The translations under genes and the position numbers were made by a program. Positions 1 through 8,769 of a DNA stretch of 64,000 nt are shown here, in pieces. The notes under the pieces were generated by a model. The model worked only from the letters and a program-made list of their open reading frames with translations. It was not told the origin of the DNA and did no database searches. Position 1 is the first letter of the stretch. Each line of letters starts with the position of its first letter. The stretch is from a virus. The stretch is taken from IMG/VR virus record IMGVR_UViG_3300027963_000040. One strand, 5' to 3'.

Positions 1-47
1 ACTCGGACTCGATGTCCATCGATAATCGTGAAATCGTAGCTTGTCAT
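1..47 (-). CDS. 5' end of a gene truncated by the window edge (MTSYDFTIIDGHRVR...)
   Basis: ATG at 47-45 directly after a TATAAATA late promoter (49-56). Confidence 0.5.
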   Translation of the reverse strand, partial: MTSYDFTIIDGHRVR

Positions 48-51
48 TTAT

Positions 52-1188
52 TTATACCTTCAACAGAATGGTGTTTTCGTTAACTCGATGCTGTAGCACG
101 CAGGTCTTGAGCGAGGCTATCATCTTACCGAAAGCTCTTTTACCACCACGCAGAGCGATTTCAATATGCTCCTCAGTCTTGCGACCGATGCGATAGGTTT
201 TGCTCTTTTCCTCATCGTAATTCAGGATCGTAGCACCCTTGACGTCTAGACCCGACTTCCCTACGGCTACGAAGTGCGTAAGCGTCTTGTATCGGGTATT
301 GAACGTAACGAGCTCCTCAGCACCCAGAACCTTTTCTGGGTTGATAGAAACCACCTTGAAATCCTTGCTCTCTTGCTGAAACTTAAAACCCTTCAGCTTC
401 TTATCCGGAGTGATAACCTTCTTCTTACGGATCGCAGGCTTTTTGTTGGAAGAATGCCGATCGCAATCAGCCAGGATACTGGCATAGAACGCTGCGCGCT
501 GCTTCAGCTGCGCTGAGGTGAAGTTTGCGTAGCCTTCTTTCAGCCCAGAGTCAGCATTACGACTGATCAACAGCGCAGCCTCCTCAGCGATCGGACGAAA
601 GAATTCTGCAACGATCTTAGCCTGGTTGGCAGGAATCTGTTTCTGCTGTAACCAATCGTACATAGACAGAGTCCAGCCATTCTTGTCAATGGCTTCGTCG
701 AACTCGCCGATAAACTCCGAAACCTTATCCTTGATACGGTCCTGGATATTTACCTTCGGTAGCTCGGGCTTCTTGTCTTCATCAGTCGTCTCAGTCTTAG
801 CGCCTGCCTTAGTGAACATCTCCTTGATACGCAACTCGAGCTTCGCCATGTAGATATCGTTGAGGATACCACCACGCGTCAGAATACGCGCGAGCCAACC
901 AGCCTGTAGGTTTACCCAGGTCTCGGGAACACGCTTCAGGGTCTTGATATCGTCATTGCGCTTATTAGCCTTGAGATACGCCTCGACGTATTCACGCGCA
1001 TCCACGCGCGAGCACATGTAGTTATACCAGTTAAACACTCGAGTCAGATTGATATCGTTGACGATCTTACCCTTGACATCTGGCTCATCTCCCATATATT
1101 TTAGATCAGCGATGCGCTGCACCGTCTTACCGGCACGAACCTTTTTAGGTTTTGACGATTTGAGTTTAGCAACAGCCATACGATTCAA
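52..1188 (-). CDS. conserved hypothetical protein of T4-like phages (378 aa)
   Basis: Long ORF with its own sigma70-like promoter at 1221-1250. Confidence 0.8.
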   Translation of the reverse strand: MNRMAVAKLKSSKPKKVRAGKTVQRIADLKYMGDEPDVKGKIVNDINLTRVFNWYNYMCSRVDAREYVEAYLKANKRNDDIKTLKRVPETWVNLQAGWLARILTRGGILNDIYMAKLELRIKEMFTKAGAKTETTDEDKKPELPKVNIQDRIKDKVSEFIGEFDEAIDKNGWTLSMYDWLQQKQIPANQAKIVAEFFRPIAEEAALLISRNADSGLKEGYANFTSAQLKQRAAFYASILADCDRHSSNKKPAIRKKKVITPDKKLKGFKFQQESKDFKVVSINPEKVLGAEELVTFNTRYKTLTHFVAVGKSGLDVKGATILNYDEEKSKTYRIGRKTEEHIEIALRGGKRAFGKMIASLKTCVLQHRVNENTILLKV

Positions 1189-1220
1189 TCCTTCTCGAGC
1201 GTTTCACAAACTTATAACGT

Positions 1221-1250
1221 ATTATAACCCTATTTTGAAAAAAAGTCAAG
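1221..1250 (-). promoter_or_regulatory. early sigma70-like promoter (CTTGAC-N~17-TATAAT)
   Basis: One of ~28 copies of this motif; other copies at about 2760, 3176, 4268, 4569, 4851, 4987(+), 5225(+), 13742, 21363, 27583, 41913, 44808, 46215, 47359, 48649, 48981, 49752, 50072, 51885, 52930, 54294, 57451, 57800, 58344, 60343, 61953, 63868. Confidence 0.85.
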
Positions 1251-1259
1251 AGTTATTTT

Positions 1260-1682
1260 TCAACGGCGATTCAAAACCCTATGCTCTTCTCGCTTCTGCG
1301 CGTTTTGTTTAACTGTCACCCATTCTAGATTCGAAGGATGATAGTTCTCAACAACGTGATCAATATGATTGACTTGGTATCCTCCTCGAAGCAAAGCTTT
1401 GACTGAATCAGGCGTCTGTTTCCATTCCGACTTGGTCACTCCAATTGGAACTGGAAACTTATGCCATGTTTCGCAAACAACTCTATGAGCCATTTTTGTG
1501 TGGCTCTTACCATTTATGTTAAGAGCAACTTTTGGGTATGGACAGTTACCAGAGGCTTTAACTACGAGTTTACGTAAATAATCACCTCGCTTAGTGCTCC
1601 AAATATCTCCGTTCCGACAAACGAAATAATCCGGAATAACTTGTCCATCAACAATCACAGGCTTCATTGTATTGGTTGTCAT
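1260..1682 (-). CDS. NUMOD4/HNH homing endonuclease
   Basis: N-terminal YFVCRNGDIWS, AHRVVCETW, and VNHIDHVVENYHPSNLEWVT HNH motif; start moved to MTTNT. Confidence 0.85.
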   Translation of the reverse strand: MTTNTMKPVIVDGQVIPDYFVCRNGDIWSTKRGDYLRKLVVKASGNCPYPKVALNINGKSHTKMAHRVVCETWHKFPVPIGVTKSEWKQTPDSVKALLRGGYQVNHIDHVVENYHPSNLEWVTVKQNAQKREEHRVLNRR

Positions 1683-1764
1683 TTTCGTTTCTTTCATTTC
1701 AAAGGTGTTGGCATCGGACTGATGGGTGAAGAATTTTCGTTCTTCACCCAAGGTAATCACTGGC

Positions 1765-2721
1765 TCAAGTGGCTTCCGCCATCTCGAGCGCAGTCTCAAG
1801 AGCCTTGGTCTTCAGGTTCTTGTTGTAACCATACCAAGCCGAAGCCAGGCGAGTGTCAGCAGTACGACCTGCCAGGTGGTCCGTAAGGTAAGTCACGGTG
1901 TTGAATGCCTGCCACCAGGATCCACGAGCGAACTCGGCACCAGGCTGCGTATCAAGCACGCCGAGAGCAACGTTGGCGTTCTTGCTGATCTCCTTCTTGG
2001 CGTTATCGCCACCAGCAACCGGGAAGATGCGCTTGAAGTAGTCAACTACGTTCTCGTTGGTGTAACGCTTCGAACCCAGGAACTGAGCCATTTCCTTGTA
2101 CTTCGCCAGCTTCTCAGCCGCGATGCCCAGCATCAGCTTGACGTTGTCACCATCAAACTCGCGACGGTGGGAGATCTTCACCATACGCTCCACCTTGGTA
2201 TTCAGCGACAGCGTAAGAGTGTTATTGCAGACGACACGGATCGGAGTGAACCGAACGTCAGTGCTGTAACCATACTGGTGGAAGTTCGTGAAGTGCAGGT
2301 AGGACTCAACGCTATCGCCACCGAACAACGAGAAGCCATCCTTCAGCTTTGCCAGAGCCCAGACGATCTGACCACCGCGCAGGCTGCCAGCAGTATGCAT
2401 CTCCATATCGCCCTCGGCGATGAAGTCATTGAAGAACTCGAAAGCCTCGGAGTTCTGCACCGGATTCCAGTCGTTGGAGACCACACCAAGGATCTTGTTA
2501 TCGGTCTTACGAACAAGAGCCGAGCGATCCACGGAGACGTTCTTGCCACCAACCTTGGCGAAAGCTTCAATCTTTTCCACTTCCCAATTCAGACCAGCAG
2601 CCTCGAGCATCTGCTCGGGAGTCAGGTCGTCAGGGACGCGAGTGCCCAGACCGTGCCAGGGAAGATCCCCAGCGTAAGCCATTTGAGCCTTACCGTTAAC
2701 GAATTCAATTTCATGAGCCAC
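1765..2721 (-). CDS. DUF932 domain protein
   Basis: MAYAGDLPWHGLG, PVQN.EAF, TAGSLRGG, TPIRVVCNNTL motifs; GTG start. Confidence 0.85.
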   Translation of the reverse strand: MAHEIEFVNGKAQMAYAGDLPWHGLGTRVPDDLTPEQMLEAAGLNWEVEKIEAFAKVGGKNVSVDRSALVRKTDNKILGVVSNDWNPVQNSEAFEFFNDFIAEGDMEMHTAGSLRGGQIVWALAKLKDGFSLFGGDSVESYLHFTNFHQYGYSTDVRFTPIRVVCNNTLTLSLNTKVERMVKISHRREFDGDNVKLMLGIAAEKLAKYKEMAQFLGSKRYTNENVVDYFKRIFPVAGGDNAKKEISKNANVALGVLDTQPGAEFARGSWWQAFNTVTYLTDHLAGRTADTRLASAWYGYNKNLKTKALETALEMAEAT

Positions 2722-2798
2722 TGTTCAGGTTTCCTTTTCTGTTTCAACCTTATAAAAGCATCTTAGCCTAGTTTCTGAAATAAGTCAAGCACTTTTTT
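2722..2798 (-). repeat. 77-bp promoter+RBS cassette, copy 1
   Basis: Identical to 4531-4607. Confidence 0.95.
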
Positions 2799-2805
2799 AG
2801 AAAAA

Positions 2806-3141
2806 TTACGTGGCAGCCGCAGCTTTCTCGCGAGCAGCCTGATCCAGCTGTTTCCAGTATTTTGCGATGCGCATCGTACCACGAGAATCAACCTTGAGCC
2901 AACGCTCCACCTGCCAGGGCTGCAGCGTCTTATGCTTCAAGAACGTCTTAGCGGTAAGAGAACCGCACTTCGCGTCCGAGCCAGTGAACCCGATAGAATT
3001 CTCGGTGTTCGTCGAGTTCGTCTGGCGCTCGGACTCCGTCTGGCGCTTGAACAGGACCAGGCAGGCTCGCCCAACGATCTGGGCTTGCTTCTCGGGGTTG
3101 GCTGCCTGGATCATCTTAGTGAGGCTATCTTTGGTGACCAT
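2806..3141 (-). CDS. hypothetical early protein
   Basis: ORF with RBS after an early promoter. Confidence 0.75.
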   Translation of the reverse strand: MVTKDSLTKMIQAANPEKQAQIVGRACLVLFKRQTESERQTNSTNTENSIGFTGSDAKCGSLTAKTFLKHKTLQPWQVERWLKVDSRGTMRIAKYWKQLDQAAREKAAAAT

Positions 3142-3232
3142 ATCTTTATCTCCTTTGTTTCAACCTTATAAACTCATATTAGCCCATTTTTGAAAAAAAG
3201 TCAAGGAGTTTTTTTGTTAAAAAAGATTAATC

Positions 3233-3472
3233 TTACCGACCGATGTCGAAATAGGACTCGGACTTGCTGCCGGCATACATCTCTAGGATGGCACGAGCCA
3301 CCATGATAGCCTGCTCCTTACTCATAAGAATACTCTGCTCAACCTCGCCTTTTGACGAGACATCGCGAATCTCAACGCAGCACAAACCATCGCGGTCCGG
3401 ACCAACGTGAAAATGATTTCCTGTGTCCGAGTCATGGATCTGAGTGACTCGCTCGATATAGAACTGCTTCAT
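3233..3472 (-). CDS. hypothetical protein
   Basis: ORF with AAGGA RBS before MKQFY. Confidence 0.65.
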   Translation of the reverse strand: MKQFYIERVTQIHDSDTGNHFHVGPDRDGLCCVEIRDVSSKGEVEQSILMSKEQAIMVARAILEMYAGSKSESYFDIGR

Positions 3473-3486
3473 CTTATCTTCCTTTT

Positions 3487-3906
3487 TCAAATTGAACCGC
3501 CATCGAACCGCGCCAGAATCAAATCCAGCTTGGCATCTAACTTACGAAGAAGCTCAAGAGTTTCGCTATCTTCTTCCTTCTGGTCTTCTGCAGCCAATTC
3601 CGGGAAAGACTCGTTGAAGAGATTTTCTTTCTCTTTCTGAGTCATAAGTTCCCAGCAATAAACGAACAGATCGCCATCTTGATAAAGCTGCCAGCGAAAA
3701 CCCTTTGAGTCAACGTAACATGCGTTGTCTAGGATGTTCTGCCAGGTTTCCCAGTATCCGCAGCTTCCAGGACCTCGTAAAAGAATCTTTACATCTTCTG
3801 GATCATAACCTTCCCAGGAATTACTGCCTTCCAAGCTTGTTTGTGCAAACGTCTGAGGAATATAAACGCCGTGCCTATCGCTCAGAATAATATCAACACC
3901 AGACAT
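3487..3906 (-). CDS. hypothetical protein, paralog of 3920-4240
   Basis: Shared GVYIPQ.FA, YWE.W, NACY.D, WxLxQxGDLFxYCxELMT motifs. Confidence 0.75.
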   Translation of the reverse strand: MSGVDIILSDRHGVYIPQTFAQTSLEGSNSWEGYDPEDVKILLRGPGSCGYWETWQNILDNACYVDSKGFRWQLYQDGDLFVYCWELMTQKEKENLFNESFPELAAEDQKEEDSETLELLRKLDAKLDLILARFDGGSI

Positions 3907-3919
3907 ATTTCGTTTCCTT

Positions 3920-4240
3920 TCAATCGTTTTCGCGTTCAATACCGAAGAAATTACAATATTCTTCGTCGGTCATAAGTTCGAGGCAGTAAGAGAACAAGTC
4001 ACCTTCCTGCCACAAACGCCAGACATTACCGTTCTTATCGATGTAACAAGCGTTAGATACGACATTCTCCCAGGCTTCCCAGTAGAACTCGTTTTCAGTA
4101 TAATCAGGACCAGAAAGAAGGCAGTCACGATCGTGATCGGACACACCCCATTGATCCATATGATAGCTCTCAGCGAAGTTTTGAGGAATATATACTCCTC
4201 GCGAGCCGCTTATCAGGATTTCAAATCCACTCATTTTCAT
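3920..4240 (-). CDS. hypothetical protein, paralog of 3487-3906
   Basis: Same motifs; follows early promoter 4268-4296. Confidence 0.75.
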   Translation of the reverse strand: MKMSGFEILISGSRGVYIPQNFAESYHMDQWGVSDHDRDCLLSGPDYTENEFYWEAWENVVSNACYIDKNGNVWRLWQEGDLFSYCLELMTDEEYCNFFGIEREND

Positions 4241-4303
4241 ACCCTTTCAATCATCATCACATTACTGATTATACCGGGATTGGTAAAAAAGTCAAGGACT
4301 ATT

Positions 4304-4531
4304 TCAGTCCTCGACAGAAAGATCGAGTTCCTCGTCGGCGACGTAGCCTTCAGAGAGGGCACCGAGCAAATGCCGCTGAACGGCAAAGTACTGGAATTCC
4401 TGCACGACTCCTCCCCAACACACCGACACCACGTAAGCGCGAGCCATCACCCGAGCCTCAGCCAGATCGCGAGCTACACCCACCACGGAGCGCTCGTAGG
4501 AATCACCGAAATCCACAACCAAAAGTTCCAT
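4304..4531 (-). CDS. hypothetical early protein
   Basis: Follows promoter cassette copy 2. Confidence 0.7.
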   Translation of the reverse strand: MELLVVDFGDSYERSVVGVARDLAEARVMARAYVVSVCWGGVVQEFQYFAVQRHLLGALSEGYVADEELDLSVED

Positions 4532-4607
4532 GTTCAGGTTTCCTTTTCTGTTTCAACCTTATAAAAGCATCTTAGCCTAGTTTCTGAAATAAGTCAAGCA
4601 CTTTTTT
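4531..4607 (-). repeat. 77-bp promoter+RBS cassette, copy 2
   Basis: Identical to 2722-2798. Confidence 0.95.
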
Positions 4608-4640
4608 CAGAAAAATCAAAAAACTTCCGGATCAGCAGCT

Positions 4641-4823
4641 TCAGCCTTTGAGCTCAGGGTAGAGGCGATCCATAAGACCGCTATTCACCATATCGCGCAG
4701 ACGTTCAGCCACCAGACTGACGATACCACCCTCGCGTGCAGGGGAATGGGCTAGGACCCGGAGCAGGAGTGACCGTTCCTTGGGAGTCATCATAGCCAGG
4801 GTGTCGCGTTCATATTGGGTCAT
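4641..4823 (-). CDS. hypothetical early protein
   Basis: ORF after promoter 4851-4884. Confidence 0.6.
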   Translation of the reverse strand: MTQYERDTLAMMTPKERSLLLRVLAHSPAREGGIVSLVAERLRDMVNSGLMDRLYPELKG

Positions 4824-4850
4824 CGGATTTCTTTCTTTCATCATCATATT

Positions 4851-5016
4851 ATCATAATAGCCTTTTTTTTAAAAAAATAGCAAGCATTTTCTTTTTGAAT
4901 GGAATCAATGGCTTACGGAATCGCTTTAGTTAAGTGGTTGAAATCATTAAAAATAAAAAAAAATATCAAAAAACACGAAAAAAGTGCTTGACTTATTTTT
5001 AAAAATGGCGTAAGAT
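4851..5016. promoter_or_regulatory. divergent early promoter pair with A/T-rich spacer and inverted repeat
   Basis: CTTGCT..TATTAT on minus, CTTGAC..TAAGAT on plus; strand switch point. Confidence 0.8.
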
Positions 5017-5043
5017 GCAATTATGATGATGAAAGGAAACGAA

Positions 5044-5229
5044 ATGTATCTCGTGAGCTTTACGAATTTCGCCTACACCAAGGCATTCAATGACATCGAC
5101 CTCGCGATCGCTCATATGGAGCGCGCGGGGTTTGAGTCGGTCCTCATGACCTCGGTGGGCGAACGCCTCGGCGAGTTTCGTCCCCTGGGCGGTGGATTTT
5201 CTTTCGATCGGTACCGAAAAATCGCTTGA
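5044..5229 (+). CDS. hypothetical early protein
   Basis: AAGGA RBS, promoter 4987-5016. Confidence 0.65.
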   Translation: MYLVSFTNFAYTKAFNDIDLAIAHMERAGFESVLMTSVGERLGEFRPLGGGFSFDRYRKIA

Positions 5230-5281
5230 CTTATTTTTAAAAATAGGGTAAGATGCAATTATGATGATGAAGGAAAAGCCG

Positions 5282-5473
5282 ATGAACGTAAAGATCTATG
5301 AGATCGTGACCCGTCTTGAAGCTGCCGCCCTGGCAGAGAAAAATGACGCGAAGTCCAACGCTCTGTCGCGGATCGCCGAGCGCGTCGCCGAGGTTGGCAC
5401 TCCGTACGCTGGTCACTGGGACGGTCCCATCACTGCGGATGAGATGAAGATCATTCGTCAGTTTATTCGCTAA
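5282..5473 (+). CDS. hypothetical early protein
   Basis: AAGGA RBS, promoter 5225-5254. Confidence 0.65.
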   Translation: MNVKIYEIVTRLEAAALAEKNDAKSNALSRIAERVAEVGTPYAGHWDGPITADEMKIIRQFIR

Positions 5474-5486
5474 GAGGAGAGAGAAG

Positions 5487-5561
5487 ATGGAATATACCAT
5501 TCGCGATATCCTGGTTGGTCTGGCTGTGGGTGTTACCCTCGGCTATCTGATCTTCTTCTGA
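5487..5561 (+). CDS. 24-aa hydrophobic membrane peptide (not in ORF track)
   Basis: MEYTIRDILVGLAVGVTLGYLIFF with GAGGAG RBS. Confidence 0.55.
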   Translation: MEYTIRDILVGLAVGVTLGYLIFF

Positions 5562-5575
5562 TAGGAGAAATTGAA

Positions 5576-5722
5576 ATGGCTGAACCCACTGGACGCGAAA
5601 TCACCTACGCGTACTATATGGAACTGGTGAAAGCATATCAAAATCATACTATCACCGACGACGAACGGTACGATCTAGAGTTGGCGATGGCGAAGTATAT
5701 GCCCAACGCGTATTTCCGCTGA
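5576..5722 (+). CDS. 48-aa hypothetical protein (not in ORF track)
   Basis: AGGAG RBS; fills the gap in the operon. Confidence 0.6.
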   Translation: MAEPTGREITYAYYMELVKAYQNHTITDDERYDLELAMAKYMPNAYFR

Positions 5723-5736
5723 TAGGAGAAATTACA

Positions 5737-6015
5737 ATGCGATACATGCTTTTCACTGGCGACAACTATTATCCTTGCGGTGGCGCAGCAGACTTTGCCG
5801 GTCGCGCTGCCACTCTAGTTGATACGATGGAACTGTTGCATCGACGCCGTCATTGGGATTGGTTCAACATCTATGACACCGTAGCCGATATTACGTACGA
5901 TCGCAACGTATTTTATGGAGTGACGTCGAATGAACAACGTCACAATTGGGCTGCGGATAGGGACGAAGAGCTCATTCGTGAGGATATGATCCGCGTTATG
6001 AATGCCAGCGTGTGA
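5737..6015 (+). CDS. hypothetical phage protein
   Basis: AGGAG RBS; YYPxGGxxDF motif common in small phage proteins. Confidence 0.7.
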   Translation: MRYMLFTGDNYYPCGGAADFAGRAATLVDTMELLHRRRHWDWFNIYDTVADITYDRNVFYGVTSNEQRHNWAADRDEELIREDMIRVMNASV

Positions 6016-6027
6016 GGAGATGTTAAC

Positions 6028-6282
6028 ATGACTGCGAATGACTATTACAATCGCATGCGTCGAACATACAAGGATCGTTATGATTTGGAATGGCAACATC
6101 AGTATCTTTGGGGTGCTGAGCAAGACTGGTATCTATGTGAAACAGCCATGAGATCTGGCATTGAGTGCAGGGCATTGTGTGCTTACTCACCATCCGAGAT
6201 CGAAATGGTGGCCAATGCCATTGTTATCAAGGAAATGTTACAAAAAACAAATGGGAGTCCGCAGGAACATGAACATTATTGA
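6028..6282 (+). CDS. hypothetical protein
   Basis: GAGGAG RBS. Confidence 0.65.
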   Translation: MTANDYYNRMRRTYKDRYDLEWQHQYLWGAEQDWYLCETAMRSGIECRALCAYSPSEIEMVANAIVIKEMLQKTNGSPQEHEHY

Positions 6283-6496
6283 ACGACTTGACGAACTCGA
6301 TGATCGGGTTAGTGACATTGATAGTGTGACAATTCGTGATGCTATGAACTTGATTGAACTCTACGACGATGTTCTTTTGATCATTGCAGGTATTAGTCCG
6401 AGCTATCTTTCGAGTATGTTGATTCAATACGCCAAGACGGCAATTACACAAAGTCGGCTAAACTATAACCGACCCGACGAGGAGAAATCGCAATGA
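6269..6496 (+). CDS. hypothetical protein
   Basis: Start moved to MNIIE; overlapping operon organisation. Confidence 0.6.
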   Translation: MNIIERLDELDDRVSDIDSVTIRDAMNLIELYDDVLLIIAGISPSYLSSMLIQYAKTAITQSRLNYNRPDEEKSQ

Positions 6497-6711
6497 ACGT
6501 AGATAGTTTGCAAGATCGCGAAGCACTTCGCGCCACGTGTGCAGAAAAGATCCGTCGTATGGAATCCGATTTGGATGAGGTGTACCGTACAATGATTTAT
6601 ATTGGAGCTTCAAATGGCGTTCTAAACTACATCGCACATGTGCAAGAAAAGCTCGATAAACTGTGCATTAACGTAGAAGGAGCCGACGTTTCGCTCGGAT
6701 TGGAGGAATAA
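6493..6711 (+). CDS. hypothetical protein
   Basis: ATGA overlap, GGAG RBS. Confidence 0.65.
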   Translation: MNVDSLQDREALRATCAEKIRRMESDLDEVYRTMIYIGASNGVLNYIAHVQEKLDKLCINVEGADVSLGLEE

Positions 6712-6822
6712 ATGCTCAGTTACATTCTTTGGGGTGTGGTGGTGTTTTTGCTCGCCGCTATTATCTACATGGCTGTATATCTTTGGAATGCCGATCCCGG
6801 CGATGAACGAGAAGGAAGATAA
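6712..6822 (+). CDS. 36-aa membrane peptide (not in ORF track)
   Basis: MLSYILWGVVVFLLAAIIYMAVYLW..., GGAGG RBS. Confidence 0.55.
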   Translation: MLSYILWGVVVFLLAAIIYMAVYLWNADPGDEREGR

Positions 6823-6825
6823 GAA

Positions 6826-7170
6826 ATGGATGTTCTTTCAGCTTACGTAACTCGCATGCGCGAGAAAACAGTAGAAGGCAGCCTGAGCCACGAACAGGTT
6901 CCGCCTCTAGTCTGTCGCGATGGGCTCAAGTTGTCTGTGCAGGCGAGCGCTCGCCACTATTGCGCTCCGAAGAACCACGTCGGTCCCTGGACTTCTATGG
7001 AGATAGGGTTCCCCAGCAAGCCTGTTCCCGAGCTGCGAGAGTGGCGGGAAGATCTGGGCGACGATCAGCCGGACGAAGAATGCGTCTTCGGTTGGGTTCC
7101 CGTTGAGAAGATACTGGAAACCATAGAGAAGCATGGCGGCTGCGTGCAGCTTGAAAGTGTTGCGGGATAA
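6826..7170 (+). CDS. conserved hypothetical phage protein
   Basis: CRDGLKLSVQAS..HYC.P, EIGFPS, IEKHGG motifs. Confidence 0.75.
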   Translation: MDVLSAYVTRMREKTVEGSLSHEQVPPLVCRDGLKLSVQASARHYCAPKNHVGPWTSMEIGFPSKPVPELREWREDLGDDQPDEECVFGWVPVEKILETIEKHGGCVQLESVAG

Positions 7171-7421
7171 TGTCTATTACTGATACCGAAACATTCCGTG
7201 CTCTCGTCTCGCAGGGTCCAACTGTTATTATGGTCGAGAAAACCCATATGTTGGCTCTGTTAGACGAGCGTGACGAATTGCGCGATGCTCTGGTTAATAT
7301 GTTGATGGTTCTTGATTGCGCTCATCAAGCAAATGGGTTCATTTCGACCGGTCACAACAAAGACACCGAGAATGCTCTGACTCGCGCTAAGAAGATTTTG
7401 TTTGAAAAGACCCAGGGATAA
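7170..7421 (+). CDS. hypothetical protein
   Basis: TAATG coupling. Confidence 0.6.
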   Translation: MSITDTETFRALVSQGPTVIMVEKTHMLALLDERDELRDALVNMLMVLDCAHQANGFISTGHNKDTENALTRAKKILFEKTQG

Positions 7422-7644
7422 AATGAAGATGAATGGACAAGAGGATAAAATGAGTTTGTTTATTAACGTTGGTGATACGGTCATTGCTTCCTTCAATCAT
7501 GGAGATCGAGGTATAGACGACGTGCGGCGCGAGGTTGTGCAAGTCAAGTTTATTGATGGTGAACAAGTTTGCGTCAAGACGCTTGAGGGCGATCTGAAGA
7601 TTTATAATCGGAAGAACCTTCGTTTCATCCCTAAGAGCTTCTAG
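7402..7644 (+). CDS. hypothetical small beta-barrel-like protein
   Basis: ORF in operon; start uncertain. Confidence 0.55.
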   Translation: MKRPRDKMKMNGQEDKMSLFINVGDTVIASFNHGDRGIDDVRREVVQVKFIDGEQVCVKTLEGDLKIYNRKNLRFIPKSF

Positions 7645-7653
7645 AGGTGTGAG

Positions 7654-7860
7654 ATGAAGAAGTTTCTGGCTGTCGTTGCTCTGGTTAGTTTATCGGGCTG
7701 TGCTGTTTATCCCTATGAACCTACCATTGTTCATTCACCATATGTATATTCGGCTCCTCGCCCGTATTACGACGCGCCTGTTTACCGACCTTACTACAGC
7801 TATCATTATAGCTATCGATACAGCAATCATTATCGTAATAGAAATCGACACTACAGATGA
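7654..7860 (+). CDS. small Tyr/Pro-rich lipoprotein
   Basis: Signal peptide with LSGC lipobox. Confidence 0.7.
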   Translation: MKKFLAVVALVSLSGCAVYPYEPTIVHSPYVYSAPRPYYDAPVYRPYYSYHYSYRYSNHYRNRNRHYR

Positions 7861-7875
7861 ACAAGGAGATTTGAC

Positions 7876-8094
7876 GTGAATGAGAATGAAGAAGCCGCAA
7901 GGAAGGCTGTTGAAAGTTCCGATCTTGCTCTCTGGCAGGCATACTGCGAGAAGAAAGAAGAATTGGAAGATGCTCAATATCTAATTGAAAGGTTGCAGAA
8001 CGAGATAGCGACTCTCAAGCTTGAGTTAGCTACAGGACGAGCTTACGAAACTTGTTGTCTTGACGATTATCAATTCGGTTTGAATCGAAGTTAA
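7876..8094 (+). CDS. hypothetical coiled-coil protein
   Basis: AAGGAG RBS. Confidence 0.6.
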   Translation: MNENEEAARKAVESSDLALWQAYCEKKEELEDAQYLIERLQNEIATLKLELATGRAYETCCLDDYQFGLNRS

Positions 8095-8098
8095 AACG

Positions 8099-8126
8099 AA
8101 AAAGGAGCCGAAAGGCTCCTTTTTTT
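8099..8126. terminator. bidirectional intrinsic terminator
   Basis: AAAAAGGAGCC-GAAA-GGCTCCTTTTTT between convergent genes. Confidence 0.9.
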
Positions 8127-8769
8127 ATGCGAAAATTCTAAGAACTTTTTGAACGTAATCTTCTCGTTCTTTAACGAACACCTGCGTTTCCTCATGATCG
8201 ACCGCTATGATGATAACGATCTGAGGAATCTTCATACCAGTTCTTTCCTCCGCCATCATGCTGTAGCAGGTAGCCTGTAGGAAATAACTTTCAATATGAT
8301 CTTCCGTCTTGATCCTTCTAGAAGTCTTGAAGTCAATGATGGAATTGATCCCGCGCCAGCCCGCGAGTAGGTCCGTTCTCCCAGCAGTTTTTAGTTTCTC
8401 TGACCAAAGAGGAACCTCCACGCCGTATATAGTTCCGACGTGTTGATCTAAATGTGGTCTGATACGAGAGAACGTATCAATGTTGGTTGGCATGGCACCT
8501 CGCTTCCAATTCTTATCATTCATAAGATAAGCTTCAGCGAGAGCATGAATAGCAGTTCCACGAACTGCAGCCTGGTTTGAAATCTTATTGGCTTCTTCTT
8601 CACCAACTCGATTACGCCAAGCTTGCAATCCATCCTTGGAAAGTTTCTCCCCGAGAACAGTTGTTACTGAAGGAAACATTCCTCCTGGAGTGATGTAATG
8701 TCTCTTTCCATCTACGCTGACCGTTTCTAGGTCAGGTAGGTTTATCGGATTGTGGAAGAATTCTTTCAT
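8125..8769 (-). CDS. PD-(D/E)XK (Cas4/RecB-like) exonuclease of T4-like phages
   Basis: PSVTTVL, RGTAIH, AGRTD, IIDFKTS, YFLQ..Y motifs. Confidence 0.85.
   Translation of the reverse strand: MKEFFHNPINLPDLETVSVDGKRHYITPGGMFPSVTTVLGEKLSKDGLQAWRNRVGEEEANKISNQAAVRGTAIHALAEAYLMNDKNWKRGAMPTNIDTFSRIRPHLDQHVGTIYGVEVPLWSEKLKTAGRTDLLAGWRGINSIIDFKTSRRIKTEDHIESYFLQATCYSMMAEERTGMKIPQIVIIIAVDHEETQVFVKEREDYVQKVLRIFA

Noticed and set aside
1726-2766. 346-aa plus-strand ORF
   Set aside because: Antisense shadow of the DUF932 gene; no RBS or recognisable motifs
8125-8769. Cas4 as part of a CRISPR system
   Set aside because: Stand-alone phage exonuclease with no array or other cas genes
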